A stretch of DNA of 64,000 nucleotides, taken from contig CAIXPS010000315.1 in assembly GCA_903921365.1 (NCBI GenBank), forward strand, positions 19,629 through 83,628, written 5' to 3'. The stretch is from an uncultured bacterium (lineage in GTDB: Bacteria > Chloroflexota > Anaerolineae > J036 > Brachytrichaceae). Position 1 is the stretch's first letter; every line of letters begins with the position of its first letter. Of this stretch, positions 1-10,351 are shown one piece after another. The position numbers and the translations under genes were made by a program. The notes under the pieces are model-generated. The model was not told the origin of the DNA. It searched no databases and saw nothing but the letters and a program-made list of their open reading frames with translations.

Positions 1-1
1 G

Positions 2-757
2 CGCCAGCGGCTTGACCAGGAACTATCACTGGCGCGGGATATCCAGACCAGCTTCTTGCCGAAGGATGTGCCCCACGTAGCAGGGTGGGGCGTTGCTGCG
101 GCATGGCAGGCGGCGCGCCAGGTGGGCGGCGACTTCTATGACTTTATCGCGCTGCATGATGGGCGATATGGCATAGTCATCGCTGATGTTGCGGACAAGG
201 GCGTCCCCGCCGCACTCTTCATGGCATTGTCGCGGACGCTGATGCGCGCGGTTGCATTCACTGGCAGGGCGCCCGCTGACGCGCTGTCGCGGGTGAACGA
301 ATTGATCTTGACGGACTCGCGCTCAGACCTTTTCGTCACGATGTTCTATACGGTCTGGAACCCGACATCGGGCGAGGCGATCTACGCGAACGCGGGACAC
401 AATCCACCCATGCTGGTGCGGGCGGATGGGACATTAAGCGAGTTGCCGTCGCATGGGATTGCGTTGGGCGTCATTGAGCACATCGCGCCAGAAGCGAGCG
501 TCGTTCAGCTGCAACCTGGTGATGTGTTGTTGCTTTATACGGATGGCATCACGGACGCACTGCAACATGATGACCAGGAGTTCGGTCTCAACCGCCTGAA
601 GAACGTCCTGATAAATGCCTGCAGCCTGCCCGCAGAAGATATCGCCACCACAATTATGGATGCCGTGCGCGATTTTGCCGGCAATGAACCGCCGTTTGAC
701 GATCAGACGCTCGTTGTTCTCAAACGGGAGAAGCGCGCGGAACCATACTCGCCCTAA
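2..757 (+). CDS. PP2C/SpoIIE-family (RsbU-like) protein phosphatase, 5'-truncated by window edge
   Basis: VGGDFYD, DVADKG, NAGHNPP, YTDGITD and DDQT motifs; frame open back to position 2 (RQRLDQELSLARDIQTSFLP). Confidence 0.93.
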   Translation, partial: RQRLDQELSLARDIQTSFLPKDVPHVAGWGVAAAWQAARQVGGDFYDFIALHDGRYGIVIADVADKGVPAALFMALSRTLMRAVAFTGRAPADALSRVNELILTDSRSDLFVTMFYTVWNPTSGEAIYANAGHNPPMLVRADGTLSELPSHGIALGVIEHIAPEASVVQLQPGDVLLLYTDGITDALQHDDQEFGLNRLKNVLINACSLPAEDIATTIMDAVRDFAGNEPPFDDQTLVVLKREKRAEPYSP

Positions 758-2217
758 CGCGGCGGCGCAGCGTTCAGTGCAGGCACTGCGGCTGGCGTCT
801 GCCCGCTGTTAAAGTAGCCATAGGCAGCCCTGGCTATGTCACTGATGAGCAGGGATGTCTCGCCCCAGTTCAGAGCTGTATTCCCATGCAACATCACCGC
901 GAGCACATACACGCCGCCAGGGGATCGCACCAGGGCAGCATCGCCGTGGTTGTTTGCATCCCATGACTGGCGGCGAAAAACAACGGCCCCCGGGCTGGCC
1001 GCAGATATCAGAATCCGAGCGTTATTCTGGCCTATTGCGCCCAGAATCTGATCGCATTTGGCGGCGTTAAGGTCTTTGCCGAATGCGAGGGGCAATCCGC
1101 CAGTGCCATTGTGACACTGCTCCAGCATCTCGAGGAACAGGCTGATCTCGGCCGGCGTGGTCTGTGCCAGTGGATCAGGCGATGCGTTGATGTCGATGCG
1201 CGTGTTTGCCGGCGTAAACACGGTGGGCGGTGTGGATGACTGGTCGTAGGGTTGTGCCAGAAAGGTGTTGACCAGCCCCATGCGTTTCAGCGTCTGGTTC
1301 AACTGATTTACCCCAACCTGAGCATCGCCCTGGCCTATCGCCGCGAGCACCTCATTGGCCTTCGCGTTTGTGCCGTCTGTGACGGCTGACACCACTGTCT
1401 GGGATGCGCCTGATTGACCCGTGGATCGTATTGACTCCAGGGCGATGGTCAACTTTAACCAACCCTGTCCTGAGAATGCGATGTCGCCGTTCACCGCGAA
1501 TGACTGCCCGGTCTTAAGGTCTTTGACATAGACGCCGGCGATGCCGCCATTAAACTTTGCGAGGCGCGCCTTAATCAAATCACCCAGCGATTGGATCGTG
1601 GCGCCGCCATATGGAATGACATCGACCGGAAGATCGACAAATCGGGCGCTACTGGATGTCAGCGCGTTCAGGAGCAATCGCTGCGCCTCACTCCTGTTTA
1701 GTAACACGCCATCCTGCCCGGGTGAGATCTGCAGGCCAGAAGCGTCGGGCTGAGGAGCTTTTGTGGCGCGGTCGTTATCTTTTGCCATCCCATCCAGATA
1801 TCCGCTCAGCTTTTCCTCGGAGTACTGGTAAGGAATCTCCAGGCGCGTTTCTTTGGTTCGACGCAGGATGTAATCCGGCAGCTTGTCGAACCCTTTTTGT
1901 GCGGCGAGTAGTTTGTCCAACTGGAAGTTAAGGACAACATTATTCACTTGAAAGTCGATGCTGGCAGGGTCCATCTGGATGATCGATGACTGGTACCGCA
2001 AGGCGACCGGGCTGAGCAGCAGGCGGTTGGTGCGGGTCACAGCTTCGTTAATGGTCAGTCCGGTGACGTCCACATCCCCGATAGTGGTTGTGCCGGGCAG
2101 GCGGTCGCGTGAACTGAGGAACGAGGCAATACTGCCTGCAACCAGCACCGCAACGATGACGCCCAGGATGACGAGAGCCGTAGTGACGGCGGATTTGATA
2201 GTCAACCGGCGCTTCAT
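754..2217 (-). CDS. Membrane-anchored protein: N-terminal TM, VanW-type peptidoglycan-binding region, class A beta-lactamase-like domain with degenerate active site
   Basis: N-terminal hydrophobic helix; GVYVKDLKTG, TTPAE and HGDAALVRSPGGVYVLAVM are typical of the serine hydrolase fold; SxxK position reads GWLK. Confidence 0.75.
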   Translation of the reverse strand: MKRRLTIKSAVTTALVILGVIVAVLVAGSIASFLSSRDRLPGTTTIGDVDVTGLTINEAVTRTNRLLLSPVALRYQSSIIQMDPASIDFQVNNVVLNFQLDKLLAAQKGFDKLPDYILRRTKETRLEIPYQYSEEKLSGYLDGMAKDNDRATKAPQPDASGLQISPGQDGVLLNRSEAQRLLLNALTSSSARFVDLPVDVIPYGGATIQSLGDLIKARLAKFNGGIAGVYVKDLKTGQSFAVNGDIAFSGQGWLKLTIALESIRSTGQSGASQTVVSAVTDGTNAKANEVLAAIGQGDAQVGVNQLNQTLKRMGLVNTFLAQPYDQSSTPPTVFTPANTRIDINASPDPLAQTTPAEISLFLEMLEQCHNGTGGLPLAFGKDLNAAKCDQILGAIGQNNARILISAASPGAVVFRRQSWDANNHGDAALVRSPGGVYVLAVMLHGNTALNWGETSLLISDIARAAYGYFNSGQTPAAVPALNAAPPR

Positions 2218-2445
2218 AATGTTGATGCGGGCGCCTGCGCCCGATTATTTCCGGCCGGCGTCACAGTGGAGCCGGTAATGACATGACGTATGAACATTTC
2301 ATGCGATGATAACGCATGTTCTGGCGCGGAGAAAAGCGCCGACCAATTTATGCAGTTGCGCTAGAATGACTTACAAATGATTAACAGGCGCGGTGATCGG
2401 GTTAGACCTCGACAATAAGCCGCGCGGACAGGAGAGCATAAGAAC

Positions 2446-2763
2446 ATGACAACACTACAAGAAGCGCTTGACGGAATGATTGTCCGTTTCAACCCCGCAA
2501 AAGCCAAAGGCATCAACGCGGTTATCCAGATCAATGCGACTGGTGAAGGCGGCGGGCAGTACTATACGACTGTCGCCGATAGCAAGGCAACGTTGACCGA
2601 AGGGACCGTGCCGAATCCGACTGTGACGATCATCGTCGCAGCCAATGACTGGGTGTCCATCATGAGTGGTCAACTGGATCCAACCCGCGCTTTTATGGCG
2701 GGGAAATTGCGCATCATGGGCGACCTTGGCCTGATGATGCGATTTCAGAATATGTTTGGTTAA
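2446..2763 (+). CDS. SCP2 sterol/lipid-binding domain protein
   Basis: 105 aa; GQLDPTRAFMAGKLRIMGDLGLMM signature; GGAG RBS upstream. Confidence 0.9.
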   Translation: MTTLQEALDGMIVRFNPAKAKGINAVIQINATGEGGGQYYTTVADSKATLTEGTVPNPTVTIIVAANDWVSIMSGQLDPTRAFMAGKLRIMGDLGLMMRFQNMFG

Positions 2764-2781
2764 GGCTGGACGCGACGCCGA

Positions 2782-3945
2782 ATGCCGCCTTTTGAAAGCA
2801 CATTAAATATCTGCGACGCGCTTGCATTGCAGTTCTCTGAACGCGCCGATCAGCATGATCGTGACGGGTCATTCCCCTTTGAGAATGTATCTGATCTGCG
2901 CGACGGGCGATTGCCGGCTTTGACTGTGCCGCGCGAGTACGAAGGCGGCGGCGGCACGGTGCTCGAAATGGCGCGGGTTTTGCAGCATCTGGCGCGCGGC
3001 GATGCCAGCACGGCGCTGGGTCTGGCGATGCACCTGCATGTCATGGGGCAACAATCTGAATGCCGCACATGGGCGCAGGAAGCCTATGAAGTGCTGTGTC
3101 GCGAAATCGTCCTGCGGGGCTTGCTCGTAAACAGCGCCGCCAGCGAGCCTGATATGGGCAGCCCTTCACGCGGCGGCGTGCCGGCGACGACGGCGACGCC
3201 TGTGGAAGGTGGTTATCGCATCAACGGCCGCAAGAGTTGGGTGACTTTCGCGCCGGCGCTTGATTACATCTTCACATCCGCTACGATCAGCGGTGATTTT
3301 TCCCGGGCAGTGGTTGGCGTGTTTGGTGTTGCGGGCAATGCAGCGGGCGTGAAGATTCTGAACAACTGGAGCACTGCCCTGAGCGTGCGCGCGAGCGGCA
3401 GTTGTGAAATTGAGTACCGCGATGTGTTTGTCCCATCCAGGTGGCTGGTCGAGACGCGCGCCATTGGCGATCCGCCGCGCACCCCCGCGCTCCCACCGGC
3501 GTGGAGCGCCTGCGCGTTTGCAGCCGTGTATCTGGGCGTCGGCGAAGCCGCGCTTGCGTCCTTTGCGTCGTATGCCAGGAAGCGCATCCCATCAGCGCTT
3601 GGAAAACCGATTGCTGAACTTCCCACCGTACAAAGGGTTATCGGTCAAATGGATGTGACCCTGCGCGCGGCGCGCGCTGCGTTGTATGATGCTGCGCGTT
3701 GTTGGAGCGAGAAGCCTGAGCAGCGTTCGCGCATGGCTTCTGATTTTGCCGCGGTTAAGTATTTGTGCACCAACGCGGCAGTCACCGTAACCGAGTTGGC
3801 AGTGCGCGCCGCAGGGGCCAACGGACTCGACCGGCGGTTGCCGCTGGAGCGCTATTTCCGTGATGCGCGCGCCGGTCTGATGCACCCGCCCCAGGACGAT
3901 CTGGCGCTCGAGTTGATGGGCAGACAAGTGCTTAATCCCTTGTGA
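2782..3945 (+). CDS. Acyl-CoA dehydrogenase-fold flavoprotein (YdbM/DszC-like)
   Basis: DRDGSFP, VPREYEGGG, INGRKSWVT and LERYFRDARAG motifs. Confidence 0.88.
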   Translation: MPPFESTLNICDALALQFSERADQHDRDGSFPFENVSDLRDGRLPALTVPREYEGGGGTVLEMARVLQHLARGDASTALGLAMHLHVMGQQSECRTWAQEAYEVLCREIVLRGLLVNSAASEPDMGSPSRGGVPATTATPVEGGYRINGRKSWVTFAPALDYIFTSATISGDFSRAVVGVFGVAGNAAGVKILNNWSTALSVRASGSCEIEYRDVFVPSRWLVETRAIGDPPRTPALPPAWSACAFAAVYLGVGEAALASFASYARKRIPSALGKPIAELPTVQRVIGQMDVTLRAARAALYDAARCWSEKPEQRSRMASDFAAVKYLCTNAAVTVTELAVRAAGANGLDRRLPLERYFRDARAGLMHPPQDDLALELMGRQVLNPL

Positions 3946-3948
3946 CGC

Positions 3949-4770
3949 ATGGCTGAACTCACGCGCAAAGAGGTCATCCAGTTGCTGGCTATTGTGAGCG
4001 GAGACACAACCGGCGCGCGTCTTTCGGGCGTTGATCTGAGCGGACTTGATCTGCGCGGGTTGAGTCTGCAATACGCGGATTTGCGGCTTGCCAATCTCAA
4101 GGATGCGCTGCTCAACAGAGCCAACTTGCGCGGCGCCAATCTGAGCGGCGCCATGCTCGAACGCGCAGACCTGAGCGAGTGCGACATGGCGGGCGCAACG
4201 CTAGCGGGCGCGAACCTGCGCGATGCGCGGTTCATCAAAGCCATATTGTGTGAGGCCATTCTCACTGCGGTTGATGCCATAGGGGCGGACTTTCATGACG
4301 CCGATCTGACTGAAGCGCGCATGAACCTCGCCGATCTCAGCAGCGCAGACCTGAGCCGGACCCTGATGACGCGCGCGCGGTTAAGCAAAGCCCATCTTGG
4401 CGGCGCCGATCTTGTGGATGCTGTTTTGCAGCATGCAGAACTAACTGACGCGAACCTGGACATGGCCGACTGCACGCGCGCAAATATCAGCCACGCTTTT
4501 CTTCAACGCGCAAGCATCATCAACACGACATTGGCATGGGCAAATCTTCGCGACACCAATTTCTCGGACGCCATTCTGATGCAGGCCAACCTCAGCAACG
4601 CCGACTGCAGCCGCGCCATTTTTCGCGCCGCGCGCTTGCGCGGCGCCATATTGCGAGACGCCAATCTCAGCGCGGCAACATTGCGGGATGCACAGGTTGA
4701 GCGTGATGCACTGATCTACGCGTTGCTATCCGGAACAGTCATGCCCGACGGCGCCACATCGCTGGATTGA
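3949..4770 (+). CDS. Pentapeptide-repeat protein
   Basis: Continuous A(D/N)Lxx repeats across almost the whole 273 aa; ends in TVMPDG. Confidence 0.93.
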   Translation: MAELTRKEVIQLLAIVSGDTTGARLSGVDLSGLDLRGLSLQYADLRLANLKDALLNRANLRGANLSGAMLERADLSECDMAGATLAGANLRDARFIKAILCEAILTAVDAIGADFHDADLTEARMNLADLSSADLSRTLMTRARLSKAHLGGADLVDAVLQHAELTDANLDMADCTRANISHAFLQRASIINTTLAWANLRDTNFSDAILMQANLSNADCSRAIFRAARLRGAILRDANLSAATLRDAQVERDALIYALLSGTVMPDGATSLD

Positions 4771-4798
4771 GAATCCGCGCTGGCGATCATTCGACCGT

Positions 4799-4860
4799 TT
4801 GTCAACCACTTGTCAACCACTGTGACCGTGATTTGCAAATTCGGCCAAGTATGTTAAATT
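4799..4860 (+). promoter_or_regulatory. 11-bp tandem direct repeat followed by a candidate sigma70 promoter for the RRM gene
   Basis: TTGTCAACCAC x2 at 4799-4820; TTGCAA (4833-4838), 16 nt spacer, TAAATT (4855-4860) with upstream TG. Confidence 0.45.
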
Positions 4861-5052
4861 ACCAATACAGGAGAGGGCCGAATAAGTCTGTGAAGGGTCA
4901 CGGCAATAAGGAGGCTGGTTCGAGTAAGAGTCACGACATCGACAGTAATATCACACGCTACCGGATAGTAATCTACGCCAGGCAACTGGCAGTTTAGTCT
5001 TTGGGACTTCGTTACATATTACCGTTTCATATACGGAGAGAGAGAAAGAACT

Positions 5053-5400
5053 ATGCCCAGCAGACTGTATGTTGGCAATTTGTCTTATTCCACAACTGAG
5101 GATTCCCTGCGCCAGTTTTTTGCCCAGGCTGGCGAGGTCAAGACGGCTGAGGTCGTGATGGACCGCCAGACCGGGCGCTCGAAAGGGTTTGCGTTCGTCG
5201 AAATGGTCAGCGATGACGGCGCGCAAAAAGCCATGACATTGCTTAACGGCAAGACGTTGGATTCACGCCAACTTCGCATCGACATTGCCAAGCCCAAGGA
5301 ACAGCGCTCCCGCGTAGGCGAAGGCGCTGGCGGCGGGTTCGGCGGAGGAGATCGCCGCAGTAGTGGGGGTCGCAGCAACCGCGACGAGTACAGGGACTAA
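5053..5400 (+). CDS. RRM RNA-binding protein with Gly/Arg-rich tail
   Basis: RNP2 LYVGNL and RNP1 KGFAFVEM. Confidence 0.96.
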   Translation: MPSRLYVGNLSYSTTEDSLRQFFAQAGEVKTAEVVMDRQTGRSKGFAFVEMVSDDGAQKAMTLLNGKTLDSRQLRIDIAKPKEQRSRVGEGAGGGFGGGDRRSSGGRSNRDEYRD

Positions 5401-5474
5401 AAACACTCAGTCCATTGAACCACAGGGAGCTTGACCGTTCCGATCAAGCGTCCAAATACATCCGGCATATCCTG

Positions 5475-5505
5475 GGGGCGCACTTCATGTGCGCCCCAAT
5501 TTTTT
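5475..5505 (+). terminator. Intrinsic terminator between the RRM gene and the convergent response regulator
   Basis: GGGGCGCAC-ttcat-GTGCGCCCC followed by AATTTTTT. Confidence 0.7.
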
Positions 5506-6178
5506 ATTCCTCTCGCAACACATACCCGACGCCGCGCACGGTGTGTATCAGGCGGGGCTCATTGTTTGCCTCGGTTTTCTGGCGCAGATAGCGCACATAC
5601 ACCTCGAGCACGTTGCTTTCGCCCCCGAAGTCATACCCCCACACGCGATCGAGAATTTGCTCGCGCGTGAGCACTTGTCGCGGGTTCCGGATCAGGTACT
5701 CAAGAAGGTCATATTCCTTGGCCGTCAACTCAAAGGTGCGATCGGTGCGCTTTGCCAGGCGCGTTCCTGTGTCAAGCTGCAGATCGGAGTAGCGCAGAAC
5801 TTCCGGCTTTGAACTGGGGGCGGCGCGCCGTAACAGGGCGTGAATGCGCGCCAGAAGCTCAGGGAATGCAAAGGGTTTGACGAGATAGTCGTCTGCGCCG
5901 GTTTCCAGCCCAATCACCCGGTCAGAAATCGAGTCCTTGGCCGTGAGCATCAGTATAGGCACGTTGCTGGCTGTGCGCAATCTGCGGCACACTTCCAGAC
6001 CATCCATCCCAGGCATCATCCAGTCGAGCACGACCAGATCAGGCGGATTGTCACGGGCGGCCGCGAGACCGCTCGGCCCATCGGCAGCTGTCGTGACCTT
6101 GTAGTTTTCATAAGCGAGGCCGCGTCTCAGCAGGTCTCGAATTGCGGAGTCATCTTCAATTACGAGTATTTGTTCCAT
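5504..6178 (-). CDS. OmpR/MprA-family DNA-binding response regulator (no adjacent kinase)
   Basis: Start reassigned to [10 protein letters not shown] (GAGG RBS); [20 protein letters not shown] and HTVRGVGY motifs. Confidence 0.93.
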   Translation of the reverse strand: MEQILVIEDDSAIRDLLRRGLAYENYKVTTAADGPSGLAAARDNPPDLVVLDWMMPGMDGLEVCRRLRTASNVPILMLTAKDSISDRVIGLETGADDYLVKPFAFPELLARIHALLRRAAPSSKPEVLRYSDLQLDTGTRLAKRTDRTFELTAKEYDLLEYLIRNPRQVLTREQILDRVWGYDFGGESNVLEVYVRYLRQKTEANNEPRLIHTVRGVGYVLREE

Positions 6179-7010
6179 GTTCCTCATCCCATAAGAGACT
6201 GCGCGCCGTCGCGAGTTCCGGCGGTATTGCCGTCCCCCATTCATTGTAATGTACGAGATCTGTAATGGATTTGCGCTGGTTGCTTGTCCAATCAATGGTA
6301 TTGCGCGCGGCGTTGGAATCCTTATATCCCATGCGAAAGATTGCGACCAACTCATATTGCGCCGGAATGTGCAGGAGGGTTTCCACGCGCTCGCGGTTGT
6401 CTTTGACTTCAAGCGGCGTGCTGATGAACTGCATCCCCATATTCAGGGATGTCGTCACCAGCCAGAACGTCTGGATGACAGCGCCAAGCGTAATTGACGC
6501 ATACAGCCCGCTCAGCTCACCGGGTTTGTACTCCTGTTTGTCCAGGACAATCGCGAGCAACATCGGGGTGTTTTCGACAATTTTGCGCTGATCTCGCGCC
6601 AATATCCGCGAGGCGCCCAGCCTGCTCAATAAATTGCCAACATTGTCTGAGAACACGAGCTTGATGAGCGGCCGCAGGAAGAATGGAACATTGTCGATAT
6701 AGATGCCGCTGTTGGTTTTAGCTGTTTCCTGTTTGCTAAACCGAAAGTAGCGCCGGTAGCGGGACACAAATGCGCCTTCGTCCATCAGGCGTTTCATCGA
6801 GTCGCCAGCAATATTGGCCATAGCCTGGATGCGCGCCTTGTCCTCGATGATGACAAAGCGCCATGGCTGGCTGTTAAAGTGCGAGGGCGCGCGTGTTGCC
6901 GTCTCAATCAGCAGGCGTTTGTGCTCGTTGCTGACTGGTTCGGGGCTAAAGGGCGTGTTCGTCGTCCTGCGACGCCGAATGGCCTCCAGCAGATCCATAT
7001 TTACATTCAT
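6156..7010 (-). CDS. Nitroreductase family protein
   Basis: AIRRRRT and [17 protein letters not shown]-binding motifs; start placed at MNVNMDLL. Confidence 0.88.
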   Translation of the reverse strand: MNVNMDLLEAIRRRRTTNTPFSPEPVSNEHKRLLIETATRAPSHFNSQPWRFVIIEDKARIQAMANIAGDSMKRLMDEGAFVSRYRRYFRFSKQETAKTNSGIYIDNVPFFLRPLIKLVFSDNVGNLLSRLGASRILARDQRKIVENTPMLLAIVLDKQEYKPGELSGLYASITLGAVIQTFWLVTTSLNMGMQFISTPLEVKDNRERVETLLHIPAQYELVAIFRMGYKDSNAARNTIDWTSNQRKSITDLVHYNEWGTAIPPELATARSLLWDEEHGTNTRN

Positions 7011-7068
7011 GACCGTGTGCCATCCATTAAGATGGATTCTACCTTTTATCGCGTCGCGGCCTGGTTTA

Positions 7069-7111
7069 CGCGTGATGCGGTAGCATGCGCCGCATGCTAC
7101 CGCATCACGCG
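7069..7111. repeat. Perfect 21-bp inverted repeat (43-bp palindrome) just downstream of cdsA
   Basis: CGCGTGATGCGGTAGCATGCG-c-CGCATGCTACCGCATCACGCG. Confidence 0.9.
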
Positions 7112-7117
7112 GAGGGA

Positions 7118-7966
7118 TCAGTGGGGCAGGAGAGTGGCATAATAAAACACGATAACGCCGGCCCACAACAAAGAATCCACGCGGTCGAAGGCGCCGCCGT
7201 GTCCGGGAATGAGGCGCCCCGAGTCCTTACTATGCGCCTGGCGTTTAAACATGCTTTCAACTAGATCACCGAGTGTGCCAAAAATCCCGACCAGTAATGA
7301 CGCGATGACACTATTCATCATTCCGAGGGGCGACACAAGCCCAATAACGATACCGCCTAGCACTGCCGCTCCCACACCGCCGAAGTAGCCTTCCCATGTC
7401 TTCTTTGGGCTGAGTGAAGGCGCCAGTTTGCGTTTACCGAAGCGCTTCCCGACCAGGTATGCGCCGCTATCGGCCAGCCAGGTGATGCCGATTGCGATCA
7501 ACAGCCACCACAGCCCATTATCCAGTTCACGCACAGCAGCTATATGTCCACTGGTCCAGCCCAGGTAGGCGCCGCTTGCGATGGCGATTGCCCAATCGGC
7601 GATTGGCTGGCCTTGGCGATGTCGCATCTGCATTGCGATGGAGGCGAATAACAACACAGTCGCGATAGCGGGAATAAAGGGCAAGGTGGGGAAGCGAACG
7701 AAGGCAAATGACGCGAGCGCGGCTGCGAGACTGAAGATGAGCGAGGGTTTGAACCCGCTCATCTGCATCATCACGTTGACCTCATATGTGGTGAGGAGCG
7801 CGACAAGCACTACCAGGCTTGTGAACCACAACCCGCCAAGGAGCCCGGGAATGATCGTAACAACGCCAATCAAGGCTCCGCTAATAACGCGCGTGCGCAA
7901 ACCGGTATCCCTCACAGGAGCTTCTTGCACTGGAAGTTGTGATTGATCTCCAGTGTAGCTTTGCAT
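7118..7966 (-). CDS. cdsA: Phosphatidate cytidylyltransferase
   Basis: SPKKTWEG, DLVESMFKR and KDSGRLIPGHGGAFDRVDS; follows uppS. Confidence 0.96.
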   Translation of the reverse strand: MQSYTGDQSQLPVQEAPVRDTGLRTRVISGALIGVVTIIPGLLGGLWFTSLVVLVALLTTYEVNVMMQMSGFKPSLIFSLAAALASFAFVRFPTLPFIPAIATVLLFASIAMQMRHRQGQPIADWAIAIASGAYLGWTSGHIAAVRELDNGLWWLLIAIGITWLADSGAYLVGKRFGKRKLAPSLSPKKTWEGYFGGVGAAVLGGIVIGLVSPLGMMNSVIASLLVGIFGTLGDLVESMFKRQAHSKDSGRLIPGHGGAFDRVDSLLWAGVIVFYYATLLPH

Positions 7967-7981
7967 AGGATGGGTGAAGGG

Positions 7982-8743
7982 CTATCTGCTCAAGCCCCCG
8001 AAGCGTCTGTCGCGTTTGTTAAATTGCTCGATGGCCTTTTTTAACTCATTCTCGTCAAAGTCTGGCCAGTATGCATCCGTGACATAGAATTCGGAGTAGG
8101 CTCCTTGCCAGATGAGGAAGTTGCTGCTACGGTACTCTCCACTGGTGCGGATAATCAGATCGGGGTCAGGCAGTCCACAGGTGTACAGATACCGGCTGAT
8201 GGTGTCTTCATCGATATAGTCTGGATTCAATCCTTCAGCCAACATGGCGCGCACGGCATCGACGATCTCTGCTCGACCGCCATAGTTCAACGCGACATTC
8301 AGTATCAGCCGGTCGTTGTGTCTGGTTTTTTCGACGGCGCTTTTGATCTTCGCCTGCAGCCCGGCCGGCACGCGATCCATGCGACCGATATGCCTGACCT
8401 GAACCCCGTTCCGATCCAGTTCGTCCAGCTCGCGCTCAATGACGGTTTCGAGGATGCGCATCAACCCGTTGACTTCATCTTCGGGTCGACGCCAGTTTTC
8501 GGTGGAAAATGCATACAACGTCAGTATTTTGACGCCTTGATCAACACAAGCGCGCAGAATGCGCCGCAGGTTGTTAGTCCCGGCTTGGTGACCTGCCACG
8601 CGTGGCAGGTTTCGTTTGCGCGCCCAGCGGCCATTCCCATCCATGATGATGGCGACATGGTTAGGTGTTCGCGCATCCGCCGCGGTCGTTAGTGTGCGAT
8701 CACGAGTCATGGATTGATCATAAGTCGCTACTGGTATTGTCAT
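7982..8743 (-). CDS. uppS: Undecaprenyl diphosphate synthase
   Basis: [24 protein letters not shown] and IRTSGE motifs. Confidence 0.97.
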   Translation of the reverse strand: MTIPVATYDQSMTRDRTLTTAADARTPNHVAIIMDGNGRWARKRNLPRVAGHQAGTNNLRRILRACVDQGVKILTLYAFSTENWRRPEDEVNGLMRILETVIERELDELDRNGVQVRHIGRMDRVPAGLQAKIKSAVEKTRHNDRLILNVALNYGGRAEIVDAVRAMLAEGLNPDYIDEDTISRYLYTCGLPDPDLIIRTSGEYRSSNFLIWQGAYSEFYVTDAYWPDFDENELKKAIEQFNKRDRRFGGLSR

Positions 8744-8798
8744 AACTTTCTAGCCGATCCTCGCTTATATTTGCACCTGGAGCGTGCATATCCGAACG

Positions 8799-9365
8799 TT
8801 ACATCTCCAGTATTTCCTTTTCCTTGCGCCCGCCCAGTTCATCAGCTTTGGCAGAGAACCGATGAATCGTGTTCTCAAGTTCCTGCTTGGCCTTTTTATG
8901 CTCGTCTTCGCTGATTAACTTCTTGTCTTCCAGTTTCTTGTACTTCTCAAGGGCTTCGTGACGCTTGCCGCGCAGTTCAACCTTGGCCTCTTCCACGCGC
9001 TTGCTAATCGTCTTGGCAAGTTCCTTGCGCCGATCCTGCGTCATGGGCGGAATCTTTAGAAAGACGGCTTTGCCATCATTATGTGTTGTTAACTTCAGGT
9101 CAGAAAGTTGAATTGCCTTTTCGATGATCTTCAAGCTGCTGGGATCAAATGGCCGAATCATGATCAGCTGTGCTTCAGGCACGGTGATCGTCGCCAACTG
9201 CTGAAGAGGTATGTCCGTGCCATGGTAATCAACCATTACCTTTTCGACCAGGTGGGGCGAGGCTCTGCCAGTGCGATAACCCTGAAAGTCCTGCTCCATC
9301 GCTTCGATGGTTTTTTGCATTGCCTTGTCTGTTTCACTTGAGATACGTTTGATATCATCAGCCAT
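8799..9365 (-). CDS. frr: Ribosome recycling factor
   Basis: RTGRASP and IPPMTQDRRKELAK; start MADDIK with GGAGG RBS; conserved synteny. Confidence 0.96.
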   Translation of the reverse strand: MADDIKRISSETDKAMQKTIEAMEQDFQGYRTGRASPHLVEKVMVDYHGTDIPLQQLATITVPEAQLIMIRPFDPSSLKIIEKAIQLSDLKLTTHNDGKAVFLKIPPMTQDRRKELAKTISKRVEEAKVELRGKRHEALEKYKKLEDKKLISEDEHKKAKQELENTIHRFSAKADELGGRKEKEILEM

Positions 9366-9553
9366 GGGTTTGTCCTCCAAATCGTAGGTGCTGAATTCTG
9401 CCTGCGTCCGCAGGAATCCTGTCAAATACTATCATACAGGGGGTGACAGCTTTTGCCACCCGGAAAAATGCCGATTTTGCCGCCCTTTTGCCATCCCGGC
9501 GCCTGTTGACAGCGAGAGGCGCCGGAAGTAACAGTAACTTCGGAATACCTGAG

Positions 9554-10338
<785 letters not shown>

Positions 10339-10351
10339 AAAAGCGTTATGA

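Noticed and set aside
3949..4770. Pentapeptide protein as a Qnr/MfpA quinolone-resistance factor
   Set aside because: The repeats are generic, with no features or context specific to Qnr
4905..4940. GGTTCGAGT resembling a tRNA T-loop
   Set aside because: The flanks do not pair into a T-stem and there is no cloverleaf or acceptor stem
6179..6412. 78-aa N-terminal extension of the response regulator in the ORF track
   Set aside because: It overlaps the nitroreductase, and a good RBS and receiver-domain start lie at 6178
8105..8692. Long antisense or alternate-frame ORFs (also 19030-19602, 25200-25757, 30415-31035, 60168-60833)
   Set aside because: Shadow ORFs of GC-rich conserved genes with no recognisable motifs
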